Part shown: positions 28,112 through 41,392 of the stretch, in pieces
Numbering within the stretch: the stretch's first letter is position 1
How the letters are laid out: each line of letters opens with the position of its first letter
From: Octopus sinensis
Lineage: Eukaryota
Length of the DNA: 64,000 nucleotides
Direction: 5' to 3'
Assembly: GCF_006345805.1 (NCBI RefSeq)
Contig: NC_043005.1
Location: 620,001-684,000, forward strand
Made by a program: the position numbers and the translations under genes
The notes under the pieces: generated by a model
Seen by the model: only the letters and a program-made list of their open reading frames with translations
Told to the model about the DNA's origin: nothing
Database searches by the model: none

Positions 28112-28188
<77 letters not shown>

Positions 28189-28763
28189 ATACGCATATAC
28201 GTATTATATATATATATATATATACACCTACACACACATATGTATAAGTACATATATACAAACAGACAAACACAAATATATACGCACATACGTATGTACG
28301 TAATATATACATACATAAATACATACATGCATGCATACATACATCGTAAATGCATGCAGGTATACATACACAAATGGGGGCTTGGGATATGTAACACACT
28401 GCCTAAATACCGATCTTGAGAAATTAGGCTTCTCAAAACCATAAGACTAAAGTTCCAATCCATCACTGGAACTGTAAAAATCTGTAAAACATTCCAGAAG
28501 TTTATCATTTAAATATATATGAGCATGTTTATGTATGCAACTATATGCATGAGAATACACAGATAAAGCAAAACATAAAAATCTGCACATATACATACAT
28601 ACAAACAAAAATACCCCGTTAATGATGTTCAAATTCCAATGAAGGAGGCTTGAATCTAGGTCAGAAACCAGCTCTTTCTCTATTGGCAAGAAATATTGAA
28701 ATAAAACTGAACACTGGCATACATACATACATACATACATACATACATACATACATACATACA

Positions 28764-28794
<31 letters not shown>

Positions 28795-29065
28795 GCTCTG
28801 GTGTTGAAATCAGCTGCCCTCTGGACACCAATGTGCTCAGAAAAAACATAAGAGAAAGAGGATATTTATGGACAATAGTTACGCAGGTTACAAATCCAGT
28901 ACCCAAGATACACTTTCAGTTTCATACGTATTATTGTTCGAACAACAGGATTCATACTATCTCCTCTTAACTTGGGTTCTTAAAGAGAGAACGCAAATTC
29001 TTAATTCATACTCTATAAATAATCTCGATATCCGGGGCTTAAACAATTCTGCAAGACCTTAGCAA
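28795..29065 (+). mobile_element. R4/Dong-like 3' fragment (restriction-like endonuclease remnant)
   Basis: GVEISCPLDTNVLRK..EK; homologous to 31310-31560. Confidence 0.55.
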
Positions 29066-29980
29066 TTAAAGTATGATGGTTAAAACCAGATACATTCCTT
29101 CACAAACTTGCTTCTTTTATAGCTGGTTTGGTTACTGCTTGTAGCCGCGTTTCCTTATCCTTTGTGTAACGCTACATGTATATGTTTCCTATTTGGAATT
29201 AGATAATAAATATATTTTACTTTTGAAGTAGGAATATATATTGATAAACACGTCACTTATAGCTTACTTATAAGTGTTATCCTTATAGATAAATCCTGAC
29301 TCCAGCTACATAAATACCATAGCGAGAAATATATACTCTGAAACGCTAACGAACATTTTATGTGTGCATGTATGTTGAAGATAAACAAATTGGTGTTCTT
29401 TTAACTGCTATAAAAAAACAGTTTTACAATTGCAGTAATAAATTTCATTAACTAGTTGAAGAACGTGAAGAAAGAGAAAATAATTACTACATTATTTAAT
29501 TAATGTGCTTTTAGCATTTATAGTACAATTGGAAAGTAAAGTCATTTTGTCGCAAAGAATTACGACTTAAAATTCACACTAGCTAATCCTTCATACTAAC
29601 TGCTAGAGTTTACAACAATTTACATAAGTCTTGTTGGATCTTTATCATAGACATGGCATAAAGAATAGCCAATATCTCAAGGAGTGAGTGTCGTGGAGTT
29701 TAGCAATATTCCTACGAACACTGAGTAGTCTCCCAAAAATCAGGGTTTTTATAACTGCTCATATCCGAATTCTAAGATCCGAACCGGTATTTCGTGAAAG
29801 ATTTCTTTGACGAAAGTTTAGAATTCGTATATGGGAAATAATTTTAACCAATGGGATTACCAACAATTAGGCTTGTTCGGGCAAACGACCATCACATCAT
29901 ATTGCTGCCTTTTATAACTTGCTACACGACTAAGGAGGTGGTCGGTCAAAGTTTACTTTGAATTAAAAGTGAAAAAGAAA

Positions 29981-30020
<40 letters not shown>

Positions 30021-30122
30021 ACATACATACATACACACATACATACATGCATACATGCATACATACATACATGCATACATAAATACATACACACATACGT
30101 ACATGCATACATACATACATAT

Positions 30123-30153
<31 letters not shown>

Positions 30154-30439
30154 TACATACATACATACATACGTACATAATCTCGGCTCTTTAGGGAAAG
30201 CTGTAAATATCTAGGTTATACTTCCCACACAAGGAAGTATTGATGCCATGTGAGGCTCGTATTGTGACACCGAAGCATCGGTTACAGTAGATGAAAGTGA
30301 TCCGTGACCATGAGATTTGAGACCATGAAATCAATAACATGATTAGAATTGCTAATGAACTTGAGGAGAGCTATGAATTAAGGACATTAGTAAAATCTAT
30401 TTATCAGAAAAGCAAAATGAAAGAATGGACATATTCGTT

Positions 30440-30833
30440 TTTACTCTAGACACAAGGCCCGAAATTTTGATGGAGGGGGGCCAATCGATTAGACCGACCC
30501 CAGTACGCAACTGGTACTTAATTTATCGACCCCGAAAGGATGAAAGGCAAAGTCAACCTCGGCGGAATTTGAACTCAGAACGTAAAGACAGGCGACATAC
30601 CCATTTCTTTATTACCCACAAGGGGCTAAACACAGAGGGGACAAACAAGGACAGACATAGGTATTAAGTCGATTACATCGACCCCAGTGCGTAACTGGTA
30701 CTGAATTTATCGACCCAGAAAGGATGAAAGGCAAAGTCGACCTCGGCGGAATTCGAACTCACAACGTAAAGACAGGCGACATACCGCTAAGCATTTCGCC
30801 CGGCGTGCTAACGTTCCTGCCAGCTCGCCGCCT
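30440..30833 (-). mobile_element. Nested/dimeric tRNA-derived SINE: body with a Tx1-like tail (type 1), followed by a headless body with tail type 2
   Basis: Head at 30833; tail ttgtttgtcccctctgtgtttagccccttgtgggtaataaagaaat ends at 30603; the sequence then restarts at ggtatgtcgcctgtctttacg and ends with the tail seen at 10205. Confidence 0.85.
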
Positions 30834-30849
30834 TAAGAATGGATATATT

Positions 30850-31590
30850 TACTGAGAAGGTAGTACATTTGTATTTGGCACGTAAAACACAAACCATAGA
30901 AAGGATTGATCATGTCAAAAGCTCGGTATGGTGTACCGACAAGTTTATGACATCTCACTTTGAAGGCTGCTTCCATTGTAATTCAAGAACAAAAGATCCC
31001 CACCAAGTATCTACTGAGTAAAGGGCGGAAAGCATTGACAGACAATAAATGTGAGCTGTGCAAAACCAAGACTGAAGACATCAACCACATTATTGTCAAC
31101 TGTGAGAGAATGTCTTCGTATGCGGCATGATATGATGGAGAGAAAAATCTGGAAGAAGATAAGAAAAGAAAACACCCACAGACGAAATTGACAATATTAA
31201 GGTGGATGGGTGAAAAGAATATTAGTGGAACTTATAAATTCTAACAGCCACCAACTTACAATACAATCAACCAGATATTGTCGCGTGAGACCATAAAGAA
31301 AAGATATGTTCTGTTGTAGAAATCAGCTGCACCCTGGACACCGATGTGGTTAGAAAAATACAAGAGAAAGAGGACATCTATGGATCATAGATAAAGAATT
31401 TGCAAATATAGTACCCAATACAGACTTTTAGCTTCATGCTCATTATTATTGTAATAACAGGATACACACCAACCCATCTGGAGCAAAGCATGCCTGAACT
31501 TGAGATCTCGGGGAGAGAGCGTAAATCCTTACTTCACATCCTACAAATGATCACGACGTGTGAAACTAAATGAAATTTGCAAAATCCTTC
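30850..31590 (+). mobile_element. R4/Dong-like 3' fragment: CCHC finger plus PD-(D/E)xK-type endonuclease remnant
   Basis: NKCELCKTKTEDINHIIVNC; YNQPDIV..ICSVVEISCTLDTDVVRKIQEKEDIY. Confidence 0.65.
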
Positions 31591-31928
31591 TTAAGATTTA
31601 ACAGATGACGAGCAAAACAAGATGCTTTCCGTTATTAAGAGGGTGGCCGGTCAAAACTTAAAAAGGGTGAAACAAAACATACATCCATACACACAAACGC
31701 AAACGAAACAAACTTACCTTCTGAGTTGCTGAACCACAACGAATTGCGAAGCTGTCTGCAAATGCGCTCAGGATGTAAAGCGCACGACTTTTATATACGC
31801 TGTTACTGCAACCACTACTACTACTACTACTACCTCCACCACCAACAGCACTTCCAACAATACCATTAACACCACCACCACCTCTTTTACGACGACTACT
31901 ACTACTACTACTACTAATACTGCTGCTG

Positions 31929-31959
<31 letters not shown>

Positions 31960-32280
31960 CTCATTTCACGCGTACACCGACACGCGGTCGTACAATGAAA
32001 TACATACATGTGTAGGTGTCAGTTGTGTCTTTGCATGTTAACCATAATATGCATATATATGTATGCATGTTTGTATGTGTCTAAGCATATATATATATAT
32101 ATATATATATACATTCCTTCTTCTTCTTCTTATTATTATTATTATTATTATTATGTTTATATCAATAATAACAATATAATTATACTTATAGTAATCTTCA
32201 CTAGACCATACATATTATAATAGATTCTAACATATCAGAAAATTACGAAACAAGATTAAGCATATATTTGTATATATATA

Positions 32281-32710
32281 TATATAAAACTGAGAGTGTG
32301 TGTCTGTCTGACTGTCTGTCTGTGTGCTTCCCTAAAACTTGAGAACTACACAACCAATTTCATTCAAATTTTACACATGCCTTACTTAGGGTCCATGTAG
32401 TTTCATAGGCAAAAAAATGTTCAACTTCTTGCCTAGAGCGAGCCCATAGCAATATTATATTTTCTCCACTATTTCAGTATTATGTGTTAAAAAGTGAAAC
32501 AAAAATATTTCTCTATTTTATGTCAGATACTTTCACTTTAACAATAAAAATTATAATAACAATTGAATTATATGTAGTAAGTGATAATTAAAATCATATT
32601 AAAGTATAATATAAGTAAAAATAGCAATTAGTATAAAATTGCATCAATGATTTGAAATTGAATAAGAAAAGACTATTGTCTATAAAGTATACAATGTGGA
32701 GAAAAAAGAG
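32281..32710 (+). mobile_element. Non-autonomous Helitron-like element copy A, 5' part
   Basis: Starts tatataaaactgag..(GTCT)n..; 32400-32710 is homologous to the reverse complement of 63259-63660. Confidence 0.6.
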
Positions 32711-32855
32711 GATTCGAACTGGTGTCGGAAATCTATGCGTGTTGTTATCTGTGACTAGACAGTGAAATTTTATTGTGTAAATTGATTATTATCGCGCGAG
32801 GCGTTTGCCTCCACGTGTGGAAACCTTCCGAAGAAGGTGAATTGACCCTCTAGTC

Positions 32856-34263
32856 ATGGCGACTTACGCGGGGGTCACGGGAAAGAAAAATAATGATTCG
32901 TCGATAATCGTGAAGGATGTTTTCTTTGAGAAGAGTAAACTCAAAGAATATGAAAAGCTATTCAAAAGGGAGGGTGATAGCGTGAAGCTAATCTCCCCCG
33001 CGAAAGCAAAAGAGGACAAAGAAAACAAGACTGTAACATATAGAACCCAAGACAAAAATACAAAGAAACTGGCAAGAGTGGAGATAGCAGAAATCGAAAA
33101 ATGTCTGGGAGACATAATGGGGAAATCGACCTACGTGAGTAGAGGCAAGAAATTTGGTAAGGTGGAGGTGAGATGTGCAACGGAAGAAATTGCAGCCTCA
33201 CTGGCTACCACTGTACTAAGAGCGGAAACATTTATAATGTGGCCCTCATACAAGGGAAGAAGAGGGGTCCGGGTTAAAATCCCGAATATACCCCCAGAAG
33301 TAAAAACAGAATGGCTGGCAACAGCTATTCTAGGAGCAGCAGAAGAGGAAGTGGAGGTGGAATCCTTTAAGGAGTCCAACGCGATAAACTGGAGAGGATA
33401 TGGGGTAGAACTGTGTTTGATGGCCACAAAAGAGGACATTGAAAGGTTCCCCTACAGAATAGAAATTGAAGATGAGAAAACCCTCAGTGTAATTGTAGAG
33501 GGAAGAAAGCCAAACTGCTACTTGTGCGGGACAAGGGGGCACATTAAAAAAGAGTGCCCGTTATACGAATTCGTAGCGGAGTGCGAGCAGGAACTCGAAG
33601 AAAAGAAGAATACGGTAAATGAAAAAGAAAACATAGAAAAGGAAACAAAACAACAAGAGAAAGGAAATAATAAGTCAATGAAGGAAAAAGAAATAAAAGA
33701 AAAGAAAGAAATAGAACCAAAACAGAGTCAGGAAAAATAAAAGGAAAAAGAAGCAACAGGAAAAAAACAAGAGAGAGATCAGAATCAAACGAAAAGAAAA
33801 GACGGCACACAAAAAGAAAAAGAAAAGGAACATAAAACACGAGAGAAAGAGAGAACAGACAAAGAACCAAAAAGACAAGAGAAGGAAGGAGAAAGAAAAG
33901 AAGGCAAAAAGAGAGAAAGAGAGAAACAAAGAGAGGAGAACAAGGAAGAAAATAAGCCCGAAAAGAAAAATGAAGGAAAACGTAGGACGGAAACAAGATT
34001 ACTGCTTCTACAAGTTAATAACCTTCCATTTCTGCCCTGAAATGAAGGATTTGACAAGTAATACGGAGGGACATGTGTGGGTCAACAGGATGACCGATCA
34101 GTGGCAGGAGACTGCTCTAATCCCCGAAGAAAGAGTCGCTGAGTTCCTCAGAGCTGCCGGTGAGAGTGTAACATTTTACACGAGTGTTCGAGTGAGAGAG
34201 CGGCTGCCTGAGGGCTCAGTGATAGACTTTAGAGAATTGAAAACTATCATGGAATATGTATAG
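32856..34263 (+). CDS. ORF1/Gag-like protein, unit 1 (consensus ~468 aa; here one stop and one 1-nt insertion in A-runs)
   Basis: MATYAGV, RGKKFGKVEVR, IPNIPPE, VEGRKPNCYLCGTRGHIKKEC (CX2CX4HX4C), K/E-rich tract, C-terminal DYCFYKL..EYV*. Confidence 0.8.
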
Positions 34264-34638
34264 AACTGTGAGAAGAGAGAGAAGAAAGAGAGAAAAAAGA
34301 AAATATTGTGAAATATATGTGACGAAAATGTAACCTCTCGATTCCGGGGATCGAGTGGGCATTTACATCTCATTGTAAATATTCTTTCATATGTCATTTT
34401 TTACTTTTATTTTTTCCTTTTCTTGTCATTCGCTTTCTTATTTTAAGTTCCCCGATTGTATTGTCCCCTCTATGTTCGCCCCTTGTGGGTAATAATAAAA
34501 TATGGTGTCGGAAATCTATGCGTGTTGTTATCTGTGACTAGACAGTGAAATTTTGTTGTGTAAATTGATTATTATCGCGCGAGGCGTTTGCCTCCACGTG
34601 TGGAAACCTTCCGAAGAAGGTGAATTGACCCTCTAGTC

Positions 34639-36043
34639 ATGGCGACTTACGCGGGGGTCACGGGAAAGAAAAATAATGATTCGTCGATAATCGTGAAGGA
34701 TGTTTTCTTTGAGAAGAGTAAACTCAAAGAATATGAAAAGCTATTCAAAAGGGAGGGTGATAGCGTGAAGCTAATCCCCCCCGCGAAAGCAAAAGAGGAC
34801 AAAGAAAACAAGACTGTAACATATAGAACCCAAGACAAAAATACAAAGAAACTGGCAAGAGTGGAGATAGCAGAAATCGAAAAATGTCTGGGAGACATAA
34901 TGGGGAAATCGACCTACGTGAGTAGAGGCAAGAAATTTGGTACGGTGGAGGTGAGATGTGCAACGGAAGAAATTGCAGCCTCACTGGCTACCACTGTACT
35001 AAGAGCGGAAACATTTATAATGTGGCCCTCATACAAGGGAAGAAGAGGGGTCCGGGTTAAAATCCCGAATATACCCCCAGAAGTAAAACAGAATGGCTGG
35101 CAACAGCTATTCTAGGAGCAGCAGAAGAGGAAGTGGAGGTGGAATCCTTTAAGGAGTCCAACGCGATAAACTGGAGAGGATATGGGGTAGAACTGTGTTT
35201 GATGGCCACAAAAGAGGACATTGAAAGGTTCCCCTACAGAATAGAAATCGAAGATGAGAAAACCCTCAGTGTAATTGTAGAGGGAAGAAAGCCAAACTGC
35301 TACTTGTGCGGGACAAGGGGGCACATTAAAAAAGAGTGCCCGTTATACGAATTCGTAGCGGAGTGCGAGCAGGAACTCGAAGAAAAGAAGAATACGGTAA
35401 CTGAAAAAGAAAACATAGAAAAGGAAACAAAACAACAAGAGAAAGGAAATAATAAGTCAATGAAGGAAAAAGAAATAAAAGAAAAGAAAGAAATAGAACC
35501 AAAACAGAGTCAGGAAAAAAAAAGGAAAAAGAAACAACAGGAAAAAAACAAGAGAGAGATCAGAATCAAACGAAAAGAAAAGACGGCACACAAAAAGAAA
35601 AAGAAAAGGAACATAAAACACGAGAGAAAGAGAGAACAGACAAAGAACCAAAAAGACAAGAGAAGGAAGGAGAAAGAAAAGAAGGCAAAAAGAGAGAAAG
35701 AGAGAAACAAAGAGAGGAGAACAAGGAAGAAATAAGCCCGAAAAGAAAAATGAAGGAAAACGTAGGACGGAAACAAGATTACTGCTTCTACAAGTTAATA
35801 ACCTTCCATTTCTGCCCTGAAATGAAGGATTTGACAAGTAATACGGAGGGACATGTGTGGGTCAACAGGATGACCGATCAGTGGCAGGAGACTGCTCTAA
35901 TCCCCGAAGAAAGAGTCGCTGAGTTCCTCAGAGCTGCCGGTGAGAGTGTAACATTTTACACGAGTGTTCGAGTGAGAGAGCGGCTGCCTGAGGGCTCAGT
36001 GATAGACTTTAGAGAATTGAAAACTATCATGGAATATGTATAG
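34639..36043 (+). CDS. ORF1/Gag-like protein, unit 2 (frameshifted in A-runs)
   Basis: Same protein split over ORFs 34639, 35133 and 35750. Confidence 0.7.
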
Positions 36044-36419
36044 AACTGTGAGAAGAGAGAGAAGAAAGAAGAGAAAAAAGAAAATATTGTGAAATATATG
36101 TGACGAAAATGTAACCTCTCGATTCCGGGGATCGAGTGGGCATTTACATCTCATTGTAAATATTCTTTCATATGTCATTTTTTACTTTTATTTTTTCCTT
36201 TTCTTGTCATTCGCTTTCTTATTTTAAGTTCCCCGATTGTATTGTCCCCTCTATGTTCGCCCCTTGTGGGTAATAATAAAATATGGTGTCGGAAATCTAT
36301 GCGTGTTGTTATCTGTGACTAGACAGTGAAATTTTGTTGTGTAAATTGATTATTATCGCGCGAGGCGTTTGCCTCCACGTGTGGAAACCTTCCGAAGAAG
36401 GTGAATTGACCCTCTAGTC

Positions 36420-37828
36420 ATGGCGACTTACGCGGGGGTCACGGGAAAGAAAAATAATGATTCGTCGATAATCGTGAAGGATGTTTTCTTTGAGAAGAGT
36501 AAACTCAAAGAATATGAAAAGCTATTCAAAAGGGAGGGTGATAGCGTGAAGCTAATCCCCCCCGCGAAAGCAAAAGAGGACAAAGAAAACAAGACTGTAA
36601 CATATAGAACCCAAGACAAAAATACAAAGAAACTGGCAAGAGTGGAGATAGCAGAAATCGAAAAATGTCTGGGAGACATAATGGGGAAATCGACCTACGT
36701 GAGTAGAGGCAAGAAATTTGGTACGGTGGAGGTGAGATGTGCAACGGAAGAAATTGCAGCCTCACTGGCTACCACTGTACTAAGAGCGGAAACATTTATA
36801 ATGTGGCCCTCATACAAGGGAAGAAGAGGGGTCCGGGTTAAAATCCCGAATATACCCCCAGAAGTAAAACAGAATGGCTGGCAACAGCTATTCTAGGAGC
36901 AGCAGAAGAGGAAGTGGAGGTGGAATCCTTTAAGGAGTCCAACGCAATAAACTGGAGAGGATATGGGGTAGAACTGTGTTTGATGGCCACAAAAGAGGAC
37001 ATTGAAAGGTTCCCCTACAGAATAGAAATTGAAGATGAGAAAACCCTCAGTGTAATTGTAGAGGGAAGAAAGCCAAACTGCTACTTGTGCGGGACAAGGG
37101 GGCACATTAAAAAAGAGTGCCCGTTATACGAATTCGTAGCGGAGTGCGAGCAGGAACTCGAAGAAAAGGAGAATACGGTAAATGAAAAAGAAAACATAGA
37201 AAAGGAAACAAAACAACAAGAGAAAGGAAATAATAAGTCAATGAAGGAAAAAGAAATAAAAGAAAAGAAAGAAATAGAACCAAAACAGAGTCAGGAAAAA
37301 AAAAAGGAAAAAGAAACAACAGGAAAAAAACAAGAGAGAGATCAGAATCAAACGAAAAGAAAAGACGGCACACAAAAAGAAAAAGAAAAGGAACATAAAA
37401 CACGAGAGAAAGAGAGAACAGACAAAGAACCAAAAAGACAAGAGAAGGAAGGAGAGAAGAAAAGAAGGCAAAAAGAGAGAAAGAGAGAAACAAAGAGAGG
37501 AGAACAAGGAAGAAATAAGCCCGAAAAGAAAAATGAAGGAAAACGTAGGACGGAAACAAGATTACTGCTTCTACAAGTTAATAACCTTCCATTTCTGCCC
37601 TGAAATGAAGGATTTGACATGTAATACGGAGGGACATGTGTGGGTCAACAGGATGACCGATCAGTGGCAGGAGACTGCTCTAATCCCCGAAGAAAGAGTC
37701 GCTGAGTTCCTCAGAGCTGCCGGTGAGAGAGTGTAACATTTTACACGAGTGTTCGAGTGAGAGAGCGGCTGCCTGAGGGCTCAGTGATAGACTTTAGAGA
37801 ATTGAAAACTATCATGGAATATGTATAG
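36420..37828 (+). CDS. ORF1/Gag-like protein, unit 3 (frameshifted)
   Basis: Same protein split over ORFs 36420, 36914 and 37533. Confidence 0.7.
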
Positions 37829-38204
37829 AACTGTGAGAAGAGAGAGAAGAAAGAAGAGAAAAAAGAAAATATTGTGAAATATATGTGACGAAAATGTAAC
37901 CTCTCGATTCCGGGGATCGAGTGGGCATTTACATCTCATTGTAAATATTCTTTCATATGTCATTTTTTACTTTTATTTTTTCCTTTTCTTGTCATTCGCT
38001 TTCTTATTTTAAGTTCCCCGATTGTATTGTCCCCTCTATGTTCGCCCCTTGTGGGTAATAATAAAATATGGTGTCGGAAATCTATGCGTGTTGTTATCTG
38101 TGACTAGACAGTGAAATTTTGTTGTGTAAATTGATTATTATCGCGCGAGGCGTTTGCCTCCACGTGTGGAAACCTTCCGAAGAAGGTGAATTGACCCTCT
38201 AGTC

Positions 38205-39609
38205 ATGGCGACTTACGCGGGGGTCACGGGAAAGAAAAATAATGATTCGTCGATAATCGTGAAGGATGTTTTCTTTGAGAAGAGTAAAATCAAGGAATAT
38301 GAAAAGCTATTCAAAAGGGAGGGTGATAGCGTGAAGCTAAGCCCCCCGCGAAAGCAAAAGAGGACAAAGAAAACAAGACTGTAACATATAGAACCCAAGA
38401 CAAAAATACAAAGAAACTGGCAAGAGTGGAGATAGCAGAAATCGAAAAATGTCTGGGAGACATAATGGGGAAATCGACCTACGTGAGTAGAGGCAAGAAA
38501 TTTGGTACGGTGGAGGTGAGATGTGCAACGGAAGAAATTGCAGCCTCACTGGCTACCACTGTACTAAGAGCGGAAACATTTATAATGTGGCCCTCATACA
38601 AGGGAAGAAGAGGGGTCCGGGTTAAAATCCCGAATATACCCCCAGAAGTAAAAACAGAATGGCTGGCAACAGCTATTCTAGGAGCAGCAGAAGAGGAAGT
38701 GGAGGTGGAATCCTTTAAGGAGTCCAACGCGATAAACTGGAGAGGATATGGGGTAGAACTGTGTTTGATGGCCACAAAAGAGGACATTGAAAGGTTCCCC
38801 TACAGAATAGAAATTGAAGATGAGAAAACCCTCAGTGTAATTGTAGAGGGAAGAAAGCCAAACTGCTACTTGTGCGGGACAAGGGGGCACATTAAAAAAG
38901 AGTGCCCGTTATACGAATTCGTAGCGGAGTGCGAGCAGGAACTTGAAGAAAAGAAGAATACGGTAAATGAAAAAGAAAACATAGAAAAGGAAACAAAACA
39001 ACAAGAGAAAGGAAATAATAAGTCAATGAAGGAAAAAGAAATAAAAGAAAAGAAAGAAATAGAACCAAAACAGAGTCAGGAAAAAAAAAGGAAAAAGAAA
39101 CAACAGGAAAAAAACAAGAGAGAGATCAGAATCAAACGAAAAGAAAAGACGGCACACAAAAAGAAAAAGAAAAGGAACATAAAACACGAGAGAAAGAGAG
39201 AACAGACAAAGAACCAAAAAGACAAGAGAAGGAAGGAGAAAGAAAAGAAGGCAAAAAGAGAGAAAGAGAGAAACAAAGAGAGGAGAACAAGGAAGAAATA
39301 AGCCCGAAAAGAAAAATGAAGGAAAACGTAGGACGGAAACAAGATTACTGCTTCTACAAGTTAGTAACCTTCCATTTCTGCCCTGAAATGAAGGACTTGA
39401 CAAGTAATACGGAGGGACATGTGTGGGTCAACAGGATGACCGATCAGTGGCAGGAGACTGCTCTAATCCCCGAAGAAAGAGTCGCTGAGTTCCTCAGAGC
39501 TGCCGGAGAGAGTGTAACATTTTACACGAGTGTTCGAGTGAGAGAGCGGCTGCCTGAGGGCTCAGAGATGGACTTTAGAGAGTTGAAAACTATCATGGAA
39601 TATGTATAG
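38205..39609 (+). CDS. ORF1/Gag-like protein, unit 4 (frameshifted)
   Basis: ATG at 38205; ORFs 38426 and 39316. Confidence 0.7.
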
Positions 39610-39985
39610 AATTGTGAGAAGAGAGAGAAGAAAGAAGAGAAAAAAGAAAATATTGTGAAATATATGTGACGAAAATGTAACCTCTCGATTCCGGGGATCG
39701 AGTGGGCATTTACATCTCATTGTAAATATTCTTTCATATGTCATTTTTTACTTTTATTTTTTCCTTTTCTTGTCATTCGCTTTCTTATTTTAAGTTCCCC
39801 GATTGTATTGTCCCCTCTATGTTCGCCCCTTGTGGGTAATAATAAAATATGGTGTCGGAAATCTATGCGTGTTGTTATCTGTGACTAGACAGTGAAACTT
39901 TGTTGTGTAAATTGATTATTATCGCGCGAGGCGTTTGCCTCCACGTGTGGAAACCTTCCGAAGAAGGTGAATTGACCCTCTAGTC

Positions 39986-41392
39986 ATGGCGACTTACGCG
40001 GGGGTCACGGGAATGAAAAATAATGATTCGTCGATAATCGTGAAGGATGTTTTCTTTGAGAAGAGTAAACTCAAAGAATATGAAAAGCTATTCAAAAGGG
40101 AGGGTGATAGCGTGAAGCTAATCCCCCCCGCGAAAGCAAAAGAGGACAAAGAAAACAAGACTGTAACATATAGAACCCAAGACAAAAATACAAAGAAACT
40201 GGCAAGAGTGGAGATAGCAGAAATCGAAAAATGTCTGGGAGACATAATGGGGAAATCGACCTACGTGAGTAGAGGCAAGAAATTTGGTACGGTGGAGGTG
40301 AGATGTGCAACGGAAGAAATTGCAGCCTCACTGGCTACCACTGTACTAAGAGCGGAAACATTTATAATGTGGCCCTCATACAAGGGAAGAAGAGGGGTCC
40401 GGGTTAAAATCCCGAATATACCCCCAGAAGTGAAAACAGAATGGCTGGCAACAGCTATTCTAGGAGCAGCAGAAGAGGAAGTGGAGGTGGAATCCTTTAA
40501 GGAGTCCAACGCGATAAACTGGAGAGGATATGGGGTAGAACTGTGTTTGATGGCCACAAAAGAGGACATTGAAAGGTTCCCCTACAGAATAGAAATTGAA
40601 GATGAGAAAACCCTCAGTGTAATTGTAGAGGGAAGAAAGCCAAACTGCTACTTGTGCGGGACAAGGGGGCACATTAAAAAAGAGTGCCCGTTATACGAAT
40701 TCGTAGCGGAGTGCGAGCAGGAACTTGAAGAAAAGAAGAATACGGTAAATGAAAAAGAAAACATAGAAAAGGAAACAAAACAACAAGAGAAAGGAAATAA
40801 TAAGTCAATGAAGGAAAAAGAAATAAAAGAAAAGAAAGAAATAGAACCAAAACAGAGTCAGGAAAAAAAAAAGGAAAAAGAAACAACAGGAAAAAAACAA
40901 GAGAGAGATCAGAATCAAACGAAAAGAAAAGACGGCACACAAAAAGAAAAAGAAAAGGAACATAAAACACGAGAGAAAGAGAGAACAGACAAAGAACCAA
41001 AAAGACAAGAGAAGGAAGGAGAGAAAGAAAAGAAGGCAAAAAGAGAGAAAGAGAGAAACAAAGAGAGGAGAACAAGGAAGAAATAAGCCCGAAAAGAAAA
41101 ATGAAGGAAAACGTAGGACGGAAACAAGATTACTGCTTCTACAAGTTAGTAACCTTCCATTTCTGCCCTGAAATGAAGGATTGACATGTAATACGGAGGG
41201 ACATATATGGGTCAACAGGATGACCGATCAGTGGCAGGAGACTGCTCTAATCCCCGAAGAAAGAGTCGCTGAGTTCCTCAGAGCTGCCGGAGAGAGTGTA
41301 ACATTTTACACGAGTGTTCGAGTGAGAGAGCGGCTGCCTGAGGGCTCAGTGATAGACTTTAGAGAATTGAAAATATCATGGAATATGTATAG
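39986..41392 (+). CDS. ORF1/Gag-like protein, unit 5 (first 366 codons open, then frameshifts)
   Basis: ORF 39986..41086 plus 41181 fragment. Confidence 0.75.

Larger units (their letters stand above)
26857..28113 (+). mobile_element. Non-coding tandem array (~2.4 x ~491 bp) with one type I hammerhead per unit, a 61-bp inverted 5' end, embedded in (TA)n: retrozyme-like
   Basis: Units restart at 26917, 27407 and ~27899. 26857-26917 is the reverse complement of 26969-27029. Hammerheads at 27289-27395 and 27781-27887. Confidence 0.9.

Noticed and set aside
26917-28113. CRISPR-like or simple satellite interpretation of the tandem repeats
   Set aside because: Whole units repeat with no unique spacers, the context is eukaryotic, and the conserved ribozyme explains the unit.
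32720-32855. Self-cleaving (HDV-like) ribozyme at the unit 5' end
   Set aside because: Short hairpins are present (gaggc/gcctc, ccttc/gaagg) but no nested pseudoknot could be built by eye.
33544-41215. Hydrophobic F/L/S-rich minus-strand ORFs in each array unit
   Set aside because: They are antisense shadows of the purine-rich K/E tract of the plus-strand ORF.
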